Assembly (NCBI GenBank): GCA_016201905.1
Contig: JACQBQ010000010.1
Coordinates: 69,184 to 133,183, forward strand
Direction: 5' to 3'
DNA: 64,000 nucleotides
From: Candidatus Melainabacteria bacterium
GTDB lineage: Bacteria > Cyanobacteriota > Vampirovibrionia > 2-02-FULL-35-15
Both the position numbers and the translations under genes were made by a program. The notes below the pieces were generated by a model. It saw only the letters and a list, made by a program, of their open reading frames with translations. It had not been told where the DNA came from and made no database searches. Below, one piece after another: positions 28,029 through 39,092 of the stretch; the first letter of the stretch is position 1, and each line of letters begins with the position of its first letter.

Positions 28029-29661
28029 TATTTACCCAGCCAAACTTTGATGCACCAGAAGGTGCTCTACCAGCTACAACTATTTTCATATCAAATTTTC
28101 TAAATGCATTTAGTGCTTCTATTCTAAGTGAATTATCCGCTGCCCAAAAATTATTTATCTCTTCTTCGGATGGGACTTCAGCTATAATTCTTACTTTTAG
28201 TAACCTAGCCCAGTAGTAATCATCATAAATCCCGATAACACCAACTTTTTCTCCCTGCTTAATACCAATATTTTTAAAATAATCTGCCACCTGCCAATTA
28301 ACAGCTAAACTTTTGCCTTCTTCTCTATATTCAAGTAAATCTTTTGAAAATATGCTTGTTATGAGCATCATGGCACAAGCTACTAAAGTAACTTTTGCAA
28401 GTATCTCTTGCAAGTTTTTTACATGAGAGAACTGTAAGGCAGAAAACAATCCCAGCCAAAAGACTACCCAGAAAGCAGCAATGTACCTATACTCTACATG
28501 AATAGTAAAATACATTATCATTGAAAATAGTGAAGGAAAAATTAATACCCATTGTTTATTTATATCTTTTAAACACAGCCATCTTTTCTTACCGATAAAA
28601 AAAAGACTAACTAAAGCCAATAACATTCCTTGCATATTAAAAAGTAAATTAAAATATTCTTTGGTATTTTCTATTAATGCTTTTAATTGTCCTTTTATAT
28701 CAAAATAAGGAACCGTCCCACCTTCAAACCAATATGAGGCATCAAAAACAATGGGGTATGTAACTTTAAGCGGCTCTGAATATTCTAAAATTATAGGGTC
28801 TTTAAAGATTACATTTAATGGATGTAGTAATTTTTTACAGTAGGGAAAATCTTTTTTCCAGATCTTGCACGTATTGCTATTTGTATGCCATGCATAATTT
28901 ATAACCCCAATATCACCAAATGTTAGCCTTCCTTTATTCTTAGAAAGCAAAATTATATATGGAGTACTGATTAGAAAAAAAGATAGAAGAAATATTGATA
29001 AATAAAAAACCCGTTTTGGGATTTTACAAGTAGCAAAAAAAACAATTCCAAAGAAAATAAAAGCCACTGGAAACATTGCTGCTTTTGACAAATATCCCAG
29101 TCCAAGCACTATACCTAGCAAACAAAAAACAAGCCAATTTAAATTACCAGATTTTACTTTAAGTAAAATCCCAGCTGCAAGATAAAAGAATAACGCTACC
29201 AACATATCTGGTGTTACTGCTGAAATGGTAATCATGTTCATTGACGACCATATAAATAAGGTATAACCAAGGCACATTAAAGTCCATTCAGGTAAAAGTA
29301 GATGCTTTTCCTCTTTTTCTGCCCCTTTGTAAACTCTAACTAACTGCATGATAAAAAAATCAAAAGTAAAAAATGTTAAGAGACATATAAAGAAGTTAAT
29401 AAAATGTACAAGTGTTGATTCCCAAATATAGGATGGTTTAAAGAAATAAAAAAATAGTCCTATAATTAAAGAATACAATGGACTCCAAAAACCGTTTATA
29501 AGAGCTCTCCAGTTTCCTTTCAGAATCTCATCTGCAGTATCAAAATACGAAATGCAGTCAGAGTCAATAACATTTCTAGTAAGCCATGCATGGGAAAGAC
29601 CTATCACAAAAGTTGCAAGAAAAAACAATATTCTGATTTTTATGAAATTATTTATCTTCAT
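27994..29661 (-). CDS. GT-C-fold glycosyltransferase-like membrane protein, paralog 2
   Basis: 555 aa with loop motif ISYFDTADEIL and the same architecture and C-terminal domain as paralog 1. Confidence 0.45.
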   Translation of the reverse strand: MKINNFIKIRILFFLATFVIGLSHAWLTRNVIDSDCISYFDTADEILKGNWRALINGFWSPLYSLIIGLFFYFFKPSYIWESTLVHFINFFICLLTFFTFDFFIMQLVRVYKGAEKEEKHLLLPEWTLMCLGYTLFIWSSMNMITISAVTPDMLVALFFYLAAGILLKVKSGNLNWLVFCLLGIVLGLGYLSKAAMFPVAFIFFGIVFFATCKIPKRVFYLSIFLLSFFLISTPYIILLSKNKGRLTFGDIGVINYAWHTNSNTCKIWKKDFPYCKKLLHPLNVIFKDPIILEYSEPLKVTYPIVFDASYWFEGGTVPYFDIKGQLKALIENTKEYFNLLFNMQGMLLALVSLFFIGKKRWLCLKDINKQWVLIFPSLFSMIMYFTIHVEYRYIAAFWVVFWLGLFSALQFSHVKNLQEILAKVTLVACAMMLITSIFSKDLLEYREEGKSLAVNWQVADYFKNIGIKQGEKVGVIGIYDDYYWARLLKVRIIAEVPSEEEINNFWAADNSLRIEALNAFRKFDMKIVVAGRAPSGASKFGWVNIDDTPYYYYVL

Positions 29662-31349
29662 TGTAGTTTATAAAAATAGTAAGAAGTTCCATTTATATTC
29701 TCCCATTTAGCATTTGAAGCATACGATGGGATTTTTTCAGTAACAACTGTTTTTATACCATATTGTTTTAGTGTTTTAAAAACCTGAGATTTAACATGAT
29801 CACTTGCTGCCCAAAACTCATAAACTGGCTCATCAAAGATCTCAGCAATAATCTGAACTTTTAATAATCTAGCCCAATATAAATGATCATAATAATTTCC
29901 AATAATTGCAACCTTATCTCTCTTTTTAATTCCTGCTTTTTCTAACTTTTCTGCTATTTGCCAGTCTATAATTTCATCTTTTGCTGCCTGATAATTTTCT
30001 TCTAAATCTTTAGAAAAGACAGACATAATGTTTAAAGAAAACACCAAAACAACTGCTAAAAGTGATGTAACCCTTTTTACATTACTAAAATACTTCAATT
30101 TTACTGATGAAAAGAGTACTAACCAGAATACTACCAGGAAGGCTCCAATATATCTGGACTCTAAATGCACAAGCAGGTATATAAGTACTGGTATAACTGC
30201 AGGTATAAACAGTAACCATTTCCTGCGTGCTTCTCTGAAAAATTCTACTTTTCTTTCCTGCAAAAAAAACAATATTAAAAACAAAACAATTAAAACATTT
30301 TGATCATAAAGAAACAATTTAAACAATTCTCTTATATTTTTTACTAAAGCTATAATTTGTCCCTTAATATCAAAATAAGGAGTAGTTCCCTCACTCCAGT
30401 AAGACGGATCATGTATAAGAGGATACGTTACAGGTAATGGGTAAGAATATTCGATAAGGCGAGGCTCATCGTAGATTTCCCTGACAGGGTGCACAAGTTT
30501 CTTACAACCAGGAAAACCTCTGTGAATATAATTACAGGGATTAGGATTTATATACCAATGATAATTTAATTTTCCAGTCTCTCCAAAAGTGAAATAACCT
30601 TTTTCTTTGGATAAAGCGATGATAAGAGGACTTGAAATTACTACAAATGTAAATAAAGCCACAATCATTTTTAATAATCCTGCTTTGGACTTATAAACAG
30701 AAACAAAACCTGCAAAAAGAAAAATAAAAGCCATTAAAAAAAATACTTCCTTTGTGAAATAGCCAAGTCCCAGTACAACACCCAGCATAATGAAATTAGC
30801 CAGATTTAAACTACCTGAATTAATCCTAAGTAAAATCCCAAAAGCCAAATATATAAATGCTGTTACAAAAACATCAGGAGTTATTCTCGATGTATGAAGC
30901 ATATTCATAGAAGACCAGATAAAAAGAGAGTATCCAATAAGAGTTAGAGTCTCTTCTGAAAGTAAGTAAGAATTGTCTTTAATAGAATGAAGATTGTTCT
31001 TTTTATAAGATACAATGAATTGAGAAAGAAAAAAATCAAATGCTAAGAAAGACAGCATGTAAATAGAAAAATTCGCAAAGTGTACAATGGTAGACTCCAT
31101 CTGATAAGAAGGTTTAAATAAAAACAAAAACAAACCTTGAACAATAGCATACAGAGGGCTCCAGATACCATTAACAAGAGCCTCCCATCTTCCCTGAAAA
31201 ACAAGATCTCCTATATCTAGATACGGTATACCATCTCCTTCTATATAAGATCTCAACAAATAGCTGTGAAATACTCCGACAACAATAGCAAATAGCATAT
31301 AAAAAAATCTTATGCGAAAATTTAAAATCTTAAAATAGGATGAGTCCAT
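29658..31349 (-). CDS. GT-C-fold glycosyltransferase-like membrane protein, paralog 3
   Basis: 563 aa with loop motif IPYLDIGDLVF. Confidence 0.45.
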   Translation of the reverse strand: MDSSYFKILNFRIRFFYMLFAIVVGVFHSYLLRSYIEGDGIPYLDIGDLVFQGRWEALVNGIWSPLYAIVQGLFLFLFKPSYQMESTIVHFANFSIYMLSFLAFDFFLSQFIVSYKKNNLHSIKDNSYLLSEETLTLIGYSLFIWSSMNMLHTSRITPDVFVTAFIYLAFGILLRINSGSLNLANFIMLGVVLGLGYFTKEVFFLMAFIFLFAGFVSVYKSKAGLLKMIVALFTFVVISSPLIIALSKEKGYFTFGETGKLNYHWYINPNPCNYIHRGFPGCKKLVHPVREIYDEPRLIEYSYPLPVTYPLIHDPSYWSEGTTPYFDIKGQIIALVKNIRELFKLFLYDQNVLIVLFLILFFLQERKVEFFREARRKWLLFIPAVIPVLIYLLVHLESRYIGAFLVVFWLVLFSSVKLKYFSNVKRVTSLLAVVLVFSLNIMSVFSKDLEENYQAAKDEIIDWQIAEKLEKAGIKKRDKVAIIGNYYDHLYWARLLKVQIIAEIFDEPVYEFWAASDHVKSQVFKTLKQYGIKTVVTEKIPSYASNAKWENINGTSYYFYKLQ

Positions 31350-31350
31350 T

Positions 31351-32703
31351 TTAAAAATCTCTATTAATTAGCATAACCCTCACAGACTCTGGAGATTTTG
31401 ACTCATCAAACACTTCATCTAACACTGGCAGGGTATTCAGATTTATATTTGAAGCAATCTGCTCAGCCAAAAATTTACCAAATGCAGGTGAATAATGATA
31501 GTCATCAATATAAGCTTTTTTATTCGAACCAAATTTTTCATACACTGTTGAAAGATCTAAATATTCTTTGTTTTTTCTAATGGCATTGTATAAAGTGTCA
31601 ATGCTCAGTTGATCATTGTCTGACTGTAGTTTTTCTGCTAAGCCATCTCTAAAAAGATTAAGATTATATTTATATCTTGGGTGTGGCTGTAAAACAAACA
31701 TAGTTTTAGCACCATAAACTGAACAAATTGCTTTTGCCAACTTCCTGTTTAAGTCAAAGTGATTTGTAACATGTCGCATATCATCTAATGGCCTTGGCTG
31801 AAAGCTTGGCTGTGAACTATTGTCTTGAGGTTTTTCAAAATTAAGATTTAATGCCTTCTGTAATCTAAAAGACAGAGACTGAATGGTTTTATAAACAGGC
31901 AGATACTGTAAAGAAAGAGCTAAACACTTGACGCTAAAGTGTTTATTATAATAGCAAGCTAACAATTCATCTGAAATAACCGTGCTTAATCCTGGGACGT
32001 CATCTTCATAAGTCTGCCAGTTAAAACCATCTTCAAAAATAACCAGGCTAGGGCGATGTCCACTTCTTAAAAGATTAAAAATTAATGTTGTTTCCTGACC
32101 CGGATAATAGCTTGCTCTGCCAAAATTAGTTACTTCTACATTAAAAGATTTTCCTTCTTTCTTTGCTCTTTCATTAAGAATATAAGAGAGATAAGAAGAC
32201 CATGTATGCTCATCAGAAACAAAAAGACCAAAAGTAGTACTTGAACCTAACGTATATATTCTAATAACTGGTTTATTAACTTCTCTAGCAGGATTTAAAG
32301 TTTTTCTCCTAGGGAATCCTTTTTCACCTAAAACAATATTTACTTTTTTACCATGAAAAGGCGGATAATAAAATCTAACCCATTGCTGGGGACGCTTGCC
32401 TAGCTGATAAAAGTCATCCAGAACATCTGAAGCGTATTTCTCTCCTATTTCCTTACAGGCATTAAAATCAAACCACTCTAACTGATATAAATCGCGTTGA
32501 CCCGTTTGCACAGGAGATCCATTCTCTTTAAATAATTTTTCCCCAGAGTACGACAGTGGATGTCTTTTTACATAACCAGTAGCCAGATATAAAAATCCTA
32601 ATACAATATTTGCAAGAATAAAAAAAATTATTATACCTAAAGTTATTTTTGCCAGTACAGTATATGTCTTATCTAACAATGCGCCAACTTTCATTTTGGT
32701 CAA
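31351..32703 (-). CDS. SGNH-hydrolase-like protein with an N-terminal membrane anchor (paralog A)
   Basis: 450 aa with RIYTLGSSTTFGLFVSDEHTW (block I-like) and LVIFEDGFN. Paralogous to 39073..40455. Confidence 0.4.
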   Translation of the reverse strand: MTKMKVGALLDKTYTVLAKITLGIIIFFILANIVLGFLYLATGYVKRHPLSYSGEKLFKENGSPVQTGQRDLYQLEWFDFNACKEIGEKYASDVLDDFYQLGKRPQQWVRFYYPPFHGKKVNIVLGEKGFPRRKTLNPAREVNKPVIRIYTLGSSTTFGLFVSDEHTWSSYLSYILNERAKKEGKSFNVEVTNFGRASYYPGQETTLIFNLLRSGHRPSLVIFEDGFNWQTYEDDVPGLSTVISDELLACYYNKHFSVKCLALSLQYLPVYKTIQSLSFRLQKALNLNFEKPQDNSSQPSFQPRPLDDMRHVTNHFDLNRKLAKAICSVYGAKTMFVLQPHPRYKYNLNLFRDGLAEKLQSDNDQLSIDTLYNAIRKNKEYLDLSTVYEKFGSNKKAYIDDYHYSPAFGKFLAEQIASNINLNTLPVLDEVFDESKSPESVRVMLINRDF

Positions 32704-32721
32704 TTACATCTAACCTTACTA

Positions 32722-34410
32722 CTATAAAACATAATAATAGAAAGAGGTGTCTTTTATATTTATCCAACCTTCTTGTGTAATGTATTTAACAGGAGGATTT
32801 TCGGCTAAAACGACTTTTACCCCTACTCTCTTAAATGCTTCCAATATTTCTGATTTTATAAGACTGCTGGAACCCCAAAACATTTCATAGTCTTCCAAAG
32901 ACACCTCTGCAATGATATTAACTTTTGCAAGCCTTGCCCAATAAACATCACATTCTCCAGGTATAACGGCAGCCTTATCCCCCTTTTTAATTCCAATTTT
33001 TTTTAACTCTAATGATACTAACCAATCTTTATATGCATCATTATTTTTTATGTTTGATAATATATCAAGCGAAACAATACTGGTAGATAAGAAAAAAACT
33101 ATTACCATAGAGACCAAACATAAGATTGCTTTTTTAAAAGCTTTATAATTATTAAACTTTAAAGCAGATAACAAAGCTAGTATTAAAACCGGAACAAAAG
33201 CTCCAAAATATCTAAACTCAGCATGAATTAAAGAACACATGAGAATTGGCACTACGGTTGAGACTAGTAAAACCCACTCCTCAAAAATATCTTTTAGACA
33301 TAAAATACCTCTTGAACTTATAAAAAAAAGCATAAATAAACCAACTAAAACGATTTGCATATAAGAGATTAAATCCATATAAATTGGCAGGTTTTTTTTA
33401 ATTGCTCTAAGTTCTCCCATTAAATCAAATTTTGTTTTTAATCCATGCCACCAAAAAGAAGGATCATAATACGGCGAATAAGTCACTTTAAATGGAGTCG
33501 AGTATTCATATACTGCAGGACTAGCATAGATCTTTTTTACAGGATGAGTAAGATTACTAAGCTGGGGAATATAGTTCATAGAAGTTGGGCAAATGGTTAT
33601 TTCATTTGTCACTTCTTCTATGTAATTTAATTTTGTAGCATCTCCAAAAGTAAAGTATCCCTTCTCCCTGGAAAGTAAAAAAACAAAAGGACTTATAAGA
33701 ACAAGAAAAACAATTAGAGAAAGTAAGACACGAGGCAGCATTAGTCGAAGGTTTACACCCATAAAAAAACATAAGAAAAGAAAAAGGAAAACAAGAGAAA
33801 GAAATGACAGCTTGGCCAAGTAAAAGCAGCTAAAAGCAAATCCCAATAAAATAAATAAAAACCAATTAGTGTTTCCTAACCTGATTTTAAGCAAGAGTCC
33901 TGATATAAAATAAAATATAGCTGCAGCAGATAGATCTGACATTATTCTTGAAATAGTTATCAGGCTAACCGAAGTCCATATAAAAACCGAGTAACCTAGA
34001 GTAATAAGTGCCCATTCAGGTAATGTATTAAGTCCTAGTTTTAAAACTTCTTTTTCTTTTTGTTTTTGTTTTTGACATTTGACTAGCTCATTAAGAAAAA
34101 AAGTAAAACTAAAAAAGCTAATAAGAAAAATAAAAAAGTTAATAAAATGTACAAATATTGATTCCCAACAAGGAGAATGTTTAAACAAATAAAAAAAGGA
34201 CCCGAGTATGATCGGATACAATGGGCTCCAGTATGAAATGAAAACCGACTTAGGATTTCCATTAAATAATTCTTCAGCAATATCAATATTAGCCATACCA
34301 TCAAAATCAACAGCATACCTGGAAAAGTAAGTATTTATAAATCCAATCACAAAGGCTACAGCAAAGAAAAAAAACTTTAGCTTTGAAGGTGAATACTTAA
34401 AACAAGTCAT
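32722..34410 (-). CDS. GT-C-fold glycosyltransferase-like membrane protein, paralog 4
   Basis: 562 aa with loop motif MANIDIAEELF. Confidence 0.45.
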   Translation of the reverse strand: MTCFKYSPSKLKFFFFAVAFVIGFINTYFSRYAVDFDGMANIDIAEELFNGNPKSVFISYWSPLYPIILGSFFYLFKHSPCWESIFVHFINFFIFLISFFSFTFFLNELVKCQKQKQKEKEVLKLGLNTLPEWALITLGYSVFIWTSVSLITISRIMSDLSAAAIFYFISGLLLKIRLGNTNWFLFILLGFAFSCFYLAKLSFLSLVFLFLFLCFFMGVNLRLMLPRVLLSLIVFLVLISPFVFLLSREKGYFTFGDATKLNYIEEVTNEITICPTSMNYIPQLSNLTHPVKKIYASPAVYEYSTPFKVTYSPYYDPSFWWHGLKTKFDLMGELRAIKKNLPIYMDLISYMQIVLVGLFMLFFISSRGILCLKDIFEEWVLLVSTVVPILMCSLIHAEFRYFGAFVPVLILALLSALKFNNYKAFKKAILCLVSMVIVFFLSTSIVSLDILSNIKNNDAYKDWLVSLELKKIGIKKGDKAAVIPGECDVYWARLAKVNIIAEVSLEDYEMFWGSSSLIKSEILEAFKRVGVKVVLAENPPVKYITQEGWINIKDTSFYYYVL

Positions 34411-34461
34411 AAATTGTTAAACCTAATTGAAACATAAAGAACTATAATTATCAATAAATTT

Positions 34462-35532
34462 ATGAAAGCGTACACAAAAAAAAGCATATTTATTCTAACT
34501 GGACTTGTGCTTTTATTTGTTTTTACTGAAGGAATATTTAGTACATTACTGTCTCTTAAATATTTGCTCAGCACATACGAAGTAGACACAAAAGAAGCCT
34601 ATACTAAACATGACAGCTTATTAGGCTGGACAAGTATATCTAATTTTTCCGATAATAATTTTTTTGGTCCCGGAATAAACCTAAGAACTAATTCACAATC
34701 TTTCCGTAACGATCATGATTTTAATGTAGAAATTCCAAAAAACATGATCAGGGTTATATGTTGTGGGGATTCATTTACTTTCGGCTATGGAGTAGATAAT
34801 GCTCATACATGGTGCGAAAAACTTGCTCTTTCAGATAAAAGACTAGAAACAATTAACATGGGACAAGTTGGGTTTGGTATAGATCAGTTTTATCTCTGGT
34901 ACATGCGAGACGGCAAAAGATTTAACCACAATATTCATTTGCTTGCATTTATTACAGAAGACATTTATAGAATAAATGATGACAGATTTTCACTTTATAA
35001 CAAACCAAAGTTAAAATTAATCAATGAAAAGCTTTCTACTACAAATACACCAGTACCAAAACACTCAGATTTTTACTATAAGTTACAAGACTACTCAAAC
35101 AAATTATGTGAGTTTAGAACCTACCAATTCATTAGCAGGTTAATAACATCAACTCGTTTTACAGGAAAGAAGAATCAAAATGGAGCAAATGAACCAGAGC
35201 TCCAAAAGATTTTGTCTTTAATATTTAAAGCACTATATAAAGAGAACAAGGCTAAGAATAGCAATTTAGTGCTGATTTATTTACCTCAATACTCTGATTG
35301 CTTTGAAGTTAATGGTAGAACTGCTTATTGGAGAAACTGGATTAAAGATGAAGCTAAAAATAAAGATATTTTCTTTATAGATTTAGTCAGCGAGTTTCAA
35401 AAACTACCATCAGAAGACATATATTCATTATTTACTGAGACAGACAGGCACTTCTCCAATAAAGGGAATAAACTTATAGCAACGATACTATACAAAAAAT
35501 TAATTTCTTTAGGTTTAATAAATGCAAAATAA
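34462..35532 (+). CDS. SGNH/GDSL-like hydrolase with an N-terminal TM anchor
   Basis: 356 aa with block I motif VICCGDSFTFGYGV. Confidence 0.45.
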   Translation: MKAYTKKSIFILTGLVLLFVFTEGIFSTLLSLKYLLSTYEVDTKEAYTKHDSLLGWTSISNFSDNNFFGPGINLRTNSQSFRNDHDFNVEIPKNMIRVICCGDSFTFGYGVDNAHTWCEKLALSDKRLETINMGQVGFGIDQFYLWYMRDGKRFNHNIHLLAFITEDIYRINDDRFSLYNKPKLKLINEKLSTTNTPVPKHSDFYYKLQDYSNKLCEFRTYQFISRLITSTRFTGKKNQNGANEPELQKILSLIFKALYKENKAKNSNLVLIYLPQYSDCFEVNGRTAYWRNWIKDEAKNKDIFFIDLVSEFQKLPSEDIYSLFTETDRHFSNKGNKLIATILYKKLISLGLINAK

Positions 35533-37198
35533 AGCAACCATTAAGTTTTTTTTTAGAATCCTTGCTGTTATTCTTGGAATCTTGCAGGCATGGGGTAGTC
35601 AGTTTAATCTATCTATAGATGGAGTAACTTATTTAGATATTGCTGATGCATACTTAAGAAAAGACTGGGAAAGTGCTATTAACGGAGGATATAGTCCTTT
35701 ATATTCATGGATATTAGCTTTATTCACTTTCATTTTAAAGCCCTCCCCATACTGGGAAAGCTCATGTGTAGTTTTAGTTAATCTTATAATTTATTTTTTG
35801 ACAATCTGGTCTTTTGAGTTTTTTTTAACCAACCTCCTTTCCTATTATAAGAACAATGATCACTTAGCTATCCCTAAATGGCTTATAGAAACTTTTTCTT
35901 ATGTACTGTTTATTTTCTGTTCTTTAAATTTAATTGGCATATCTGAGCAATCTCCTGATATGTGCATAAGTGGATTCATTTATTTACTAACAGGAATCTT
36001 ATTGCTCTTTAAAAAAAAGGGAGAAGGCAATCTTATTTTTTTCTTTTTTGGAATAACGCTTGGGTTAGGATGCTTAACAAAAGAAATCATGTTTCCTTTA
36101 GCTATAATTTTCATATTAACAGGAATGTTTTTATTAAAGACTTCTCAAATAAGAGTAAATTACATCCTTATTGTTTTATTTGTTTTTTCTCTTATAGCAT
36201 CTCCATTTATTTATATGCTTTCTGCTTCTAAAGGAAGATTTACTTATGGTGATGCAGGCAGACTAAACTATGCCTGGTTTGTAAATGGGATTCATGATAA
36301 GTGGTTTAGCGGTATAGCTGGTCATGGCTCTCCAGTTCATCCACCTGAAAAGATTTTTGACAATCCACTGATTTACAATTTCCAGTCACATTTTAAAAAT
36401 GCCACTCATCCATATGTATACGATCCATCTTACTGGTGGGAAGGAGTGAAAACACGTTTTGAATTTAAGAAACAAATAAATATCCTGCTTGAACATTTCA
36501 GATTCTACTTGAATTTCTTTTTCCAAAATCAAAGTGAGCTAGTCATTGGTTTTATTGTTTTGTTTTACTATTCAGGCAGAGGACTAAAAATTCTGGAAGA
36601 TATTTCCAAACAATGTATACTACTGCTCCCATCTGTTTTTACGCTTGGACTTTATTCTTTTGTCAATGTGGAAAAGAGGTATCTTGCGGCTTTTATTTTT
36701 CTTTTCTGGCTTGGATTATTTTTATCATTAGCTCTTTCAAAGACAAAAGAATCAGAAAAATTATTTACAAACATCTTAATAGCAATGTTAAGCATAACCT
36801 TAATAAGGATTTCCTTTTCTACCACCCGAGATATTTATCACATAACAGAAAATTTGATTAGTGGTACCAAAGCAAACAAACCTTGGGTTATTGCCCATGA
36901 ATTAAAAAATTTAGGGTTAAATCCAAAAGATAAAATAGCTACACTTTGGGAAGGAAATAGTACAAACTGGGCAAGACTTGCAAAACTAAGAATAACTTGT
37001 GAACCCTGGTATGGACCAAAAGTTTTCTGGCAGGCAACTTCCAGCACTAAATCACAAATCATAAAAGTATTCAAAGAATTTGGTATAAAAGCAATTATTG
37101 CAAAAGAGATACCTTCTTACACACTGATTGAAGCTAAAGAAAAAGGCTGGCAAAATATAGGTGGTTTAGAAAGTTATATTTATATTATAAGAAACTAA
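35522..37198 (+). CDS. GT-C-fold glycosyltransferase-like membrane protein, paralog 5
   Basis: 558 aa with loop motif VTYLDIADAYL. Confidence 0.45.
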   Translation: MQNKATIKFFFRILAVILGILQAWGSQFNLSIDGVTYLDIADAYLRKDWESAINGGYSPLYSWILALFTFILKPSPYWESSCVVLVNLIIYFLTIWSFEFFLTNLLSYYKNNDHLAIPKWLIETFSYVLFIFCSLNLIGISEQSPDMCISGFIYLLTGILLLFKKKGEGNLIFFFFGITLGLGCLTKEIMFPLAIIFILTGMFLLKTSQIRVNYILIVLFVFSLIASPFIYMLSASKGRFTYGDAGRLNYAWFVNGIHDKWFSGIAGHGSPVHPPEKIFDNPLIYNFQSHFKNATHPYVYDPSYWWEGVKTRFEFKKQINILLEHFRFYLNFFFQNQSELVIGFIVLFYYSGRGLKILEDISKQCILLLPSVFTLGLYSFVNVEKRYLAAFIFLFWLGLFLSLALSKTKESEKLFTNILIAMLSITLIRISFSTTRDIYHITENLISGTKANKPWVIAHELKNLGLNPKDKIATLWEGNSTNWARLAKLRITCEPWYGPKVFWQATSSTKSQIIKVFKEFGIKAIIAKEIPSYTLIEAKEKGWQNIGGLESYIYIIRN

Positions 37199-37201
37199 TT
37201 T

Positions 37202-38920
37202 ATGTCAGATGATAATAAATCAAAAGCAACCAGAATGATTTTCTACTTCATAGCTATTATTGGAGCTGCACTTGAGCTTTTTGCGTACAGATATCATTTT
37301 GACACTAGAATGGCTGTTCCTTATATGGACATAGCTGATGCGTATTTAAATCGTGATTGGAATAATGCAATCAACACTACATGGAGTCCTATGTATTCAT
37401 GGTTAATTGCACTGTGCTTTTTCACTCTAAAACCAACATCATATTGGGAGACCAGTTGCGTGCATGTGGTAAATTTTTTTATTTTTCTATTCACATTAAT
37501 ATCATTTGAATATTTTTTAAACAACTTACTGATTTTTTACAAAAACGTTTCAAGCAAAGCAGAGCACGATAAAGTTTTAATTCTACCCGAATGGTTAATA
37601 AGAGCTTTAAGCTATAATATTTTCCTTTTATCCTCATTCTTTCTTATCAAGGTTTCAAAACAGTCACCTGATATGTGCTTGTTTGCATTTGTTTATTTAA
37701 TATGTGCTTTGCTTTTAAAGTTAAAATTTGAAATGAATAAATCATTGGTTTTTTGTTTTTTAGGAGTCAGTTTTGCACTGGGTTATTTAACAAAATCAGT
37801 GATGCTGCCAATTTCAGTATTTTTTTTCATTTCTGGGTTTTTCATAGTCAAAGGAAATCTTAAAAAGTTACAGTATGTAATTATTTCACTTTTCACTTTT
37901 TGCCTGATCGCAGGACCTTTTATAAACGCTATTTCAAAAAAAAATGGACATTTTACCTTTGGAGGACCAGGAAAATTAAATTATGCATGGTATATTCATG
38001 ATCTTGAAGATTGGATTATAAATGACAACTTTAAAGGATATGGAAAGCCTGTTCACCCACTAAACAAAATTTATGCAGATCCCTTAATTTATAAATTTAA
38101 TACACCATTTACAAATGCAACATATCCTCCTACCTATGATGAAAATTATTTAATGGAAGGAGTTAAATTGCATTTTGATTTAGCAAGGCAAATAAAAGCC
38201 TTTTTTGTAAATCTTCATGTGTACTATAAAACATTTTTCCAACACCAGTCAGAATTACTTATTGGATTATTTGCACTTTTATTTTTATCAAAAAATGCTA
38301 ATTTATTTGTAAAAGAGATGAGGAATTATTGGTTTCTTATTATTCCGTGCTTATTTGTTCTAATACTTTATTCGCTTGTACATGTAGAAGAGAGATATGT
38401 GGCTGGTTTTATTGTAATTTTATGGATTTGCATAATATTAAGTTTAAGGTTTGAAAAAAACAAGGAAACGATCAATCTGATAAATAAAGTAACAACTGCT
38501 CTTCTTGTTTTTACAATTATTAAATTATCTTTTTTGCAATCTTATTATGTTTTAAAAATTACTAGTGACTTTTTTAAAGCCAACCCAAATGAGATTTGGA
38601 CAATTTCAGAAAAGTTAAAAGAATCAGGTATTGGACCTGGAGATCAAATTATATCTATAAATGATGATAAAAATATTTATTGGGCAAGACTTTCTAAGGC
38701 AAAAATTAGGGCTGAATTGTTTTCTGATAATGCTTATGCTTTCTGGGAATTAAGTGAAGGTGCCAGAAATAATATAATTAAGCTTTTAAAAAATCTCGGT
38801 GCAAGAGCAATAGTAACTCAGGATATTCCGAGTTATATACGTAGCAGTGCATTGAAAAATGGCTGGCAACAAGTTACTCCTTTAAATTTAAATTATTTTA
38901 TTTTATTTTTGAACCAATAG
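37202..38920 (+). CDS. GT-C-fold glycosyltransferase-like membrane protein, paralog 6
   Basis: 572 aa with loop motif VPYMDIADAYL. Confidence 0.45.
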   Translation: MSDDNKSKATRMIFYFIAIIGAALELFAYRYHFDTRMAVPYMDIADAYLNRDWNNAINTTWSPMYSWLIALCFFTLKPTSYWETSCVHVVNFFIFLFTLISFEYFLNNLLIFYKNVSSKAEHDKVLILPEWLIRALSYNIFLLSSFFLIKVSKQSPDMCLFAFVYLICALLLKLKFEMNKSLVFCFLGVSFALGYLTKSVMLPISVFFFISGFFIVKGNLKKLQYVIISLFTFCLIAGPFINAISKKNGHFTFGGPGKLNYAWYIHDLEDWIINDNFKGYGKPVHPLNKIYADPLIYKFNTPFTNATYPPTYDENYLMEGVKLHFDLARQIKAFFVNLHVYYKTFFQHQSELLIGLFALLFLSKNANLFVKEMRNYWFLIIPCLFVLILYSLVHVEERYVAGFIVILWICIILSLRFEKNKETINLINKVTTALLVFTIIKLSFLQSYYVLKITSDFFKANPNEIWTISEKLKESGIGPGDQIISINDDKNIYWARLSKAKIRAELFSDNAYAFWELSEGARNNIIKLLKNLGARAIVTQDIPSYIRSSALKNGWQQVTPLNLNYFILFLNQ

Positions 38921-38932
38921 TTTTATTTAAAA

Positions 38933-39092
38933 TTATTATGAAGAAGCGTAATACTCCGTGGCTTGCCACGAGAGATATAAGCGACGAATAACAAACCGAC
39001 TTCTCCGACGACTGGTGACGAAGTCATTAACTTCGCGAAATACCCTGCGGGCTTGCCCCAGGGATAGCGAAGTTAAAAAGAAGTCGGTTTAT
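38933..39092 (-). mobile_element. MITE-like repeat, copy 1 (reverse orientation relative to copies 2-4)
   Basis: About 160 bp, more than 95 percent identical to the elements at 41817, 49174 and 56363. It has internal stem-loops (CCCTGGGGCAAGCCCGCAGGG; AACCGACTT...AAGTCGGTT) and supplies the C-terminal ..KPTSF* of the adjacent gene. Confidence 0.6.
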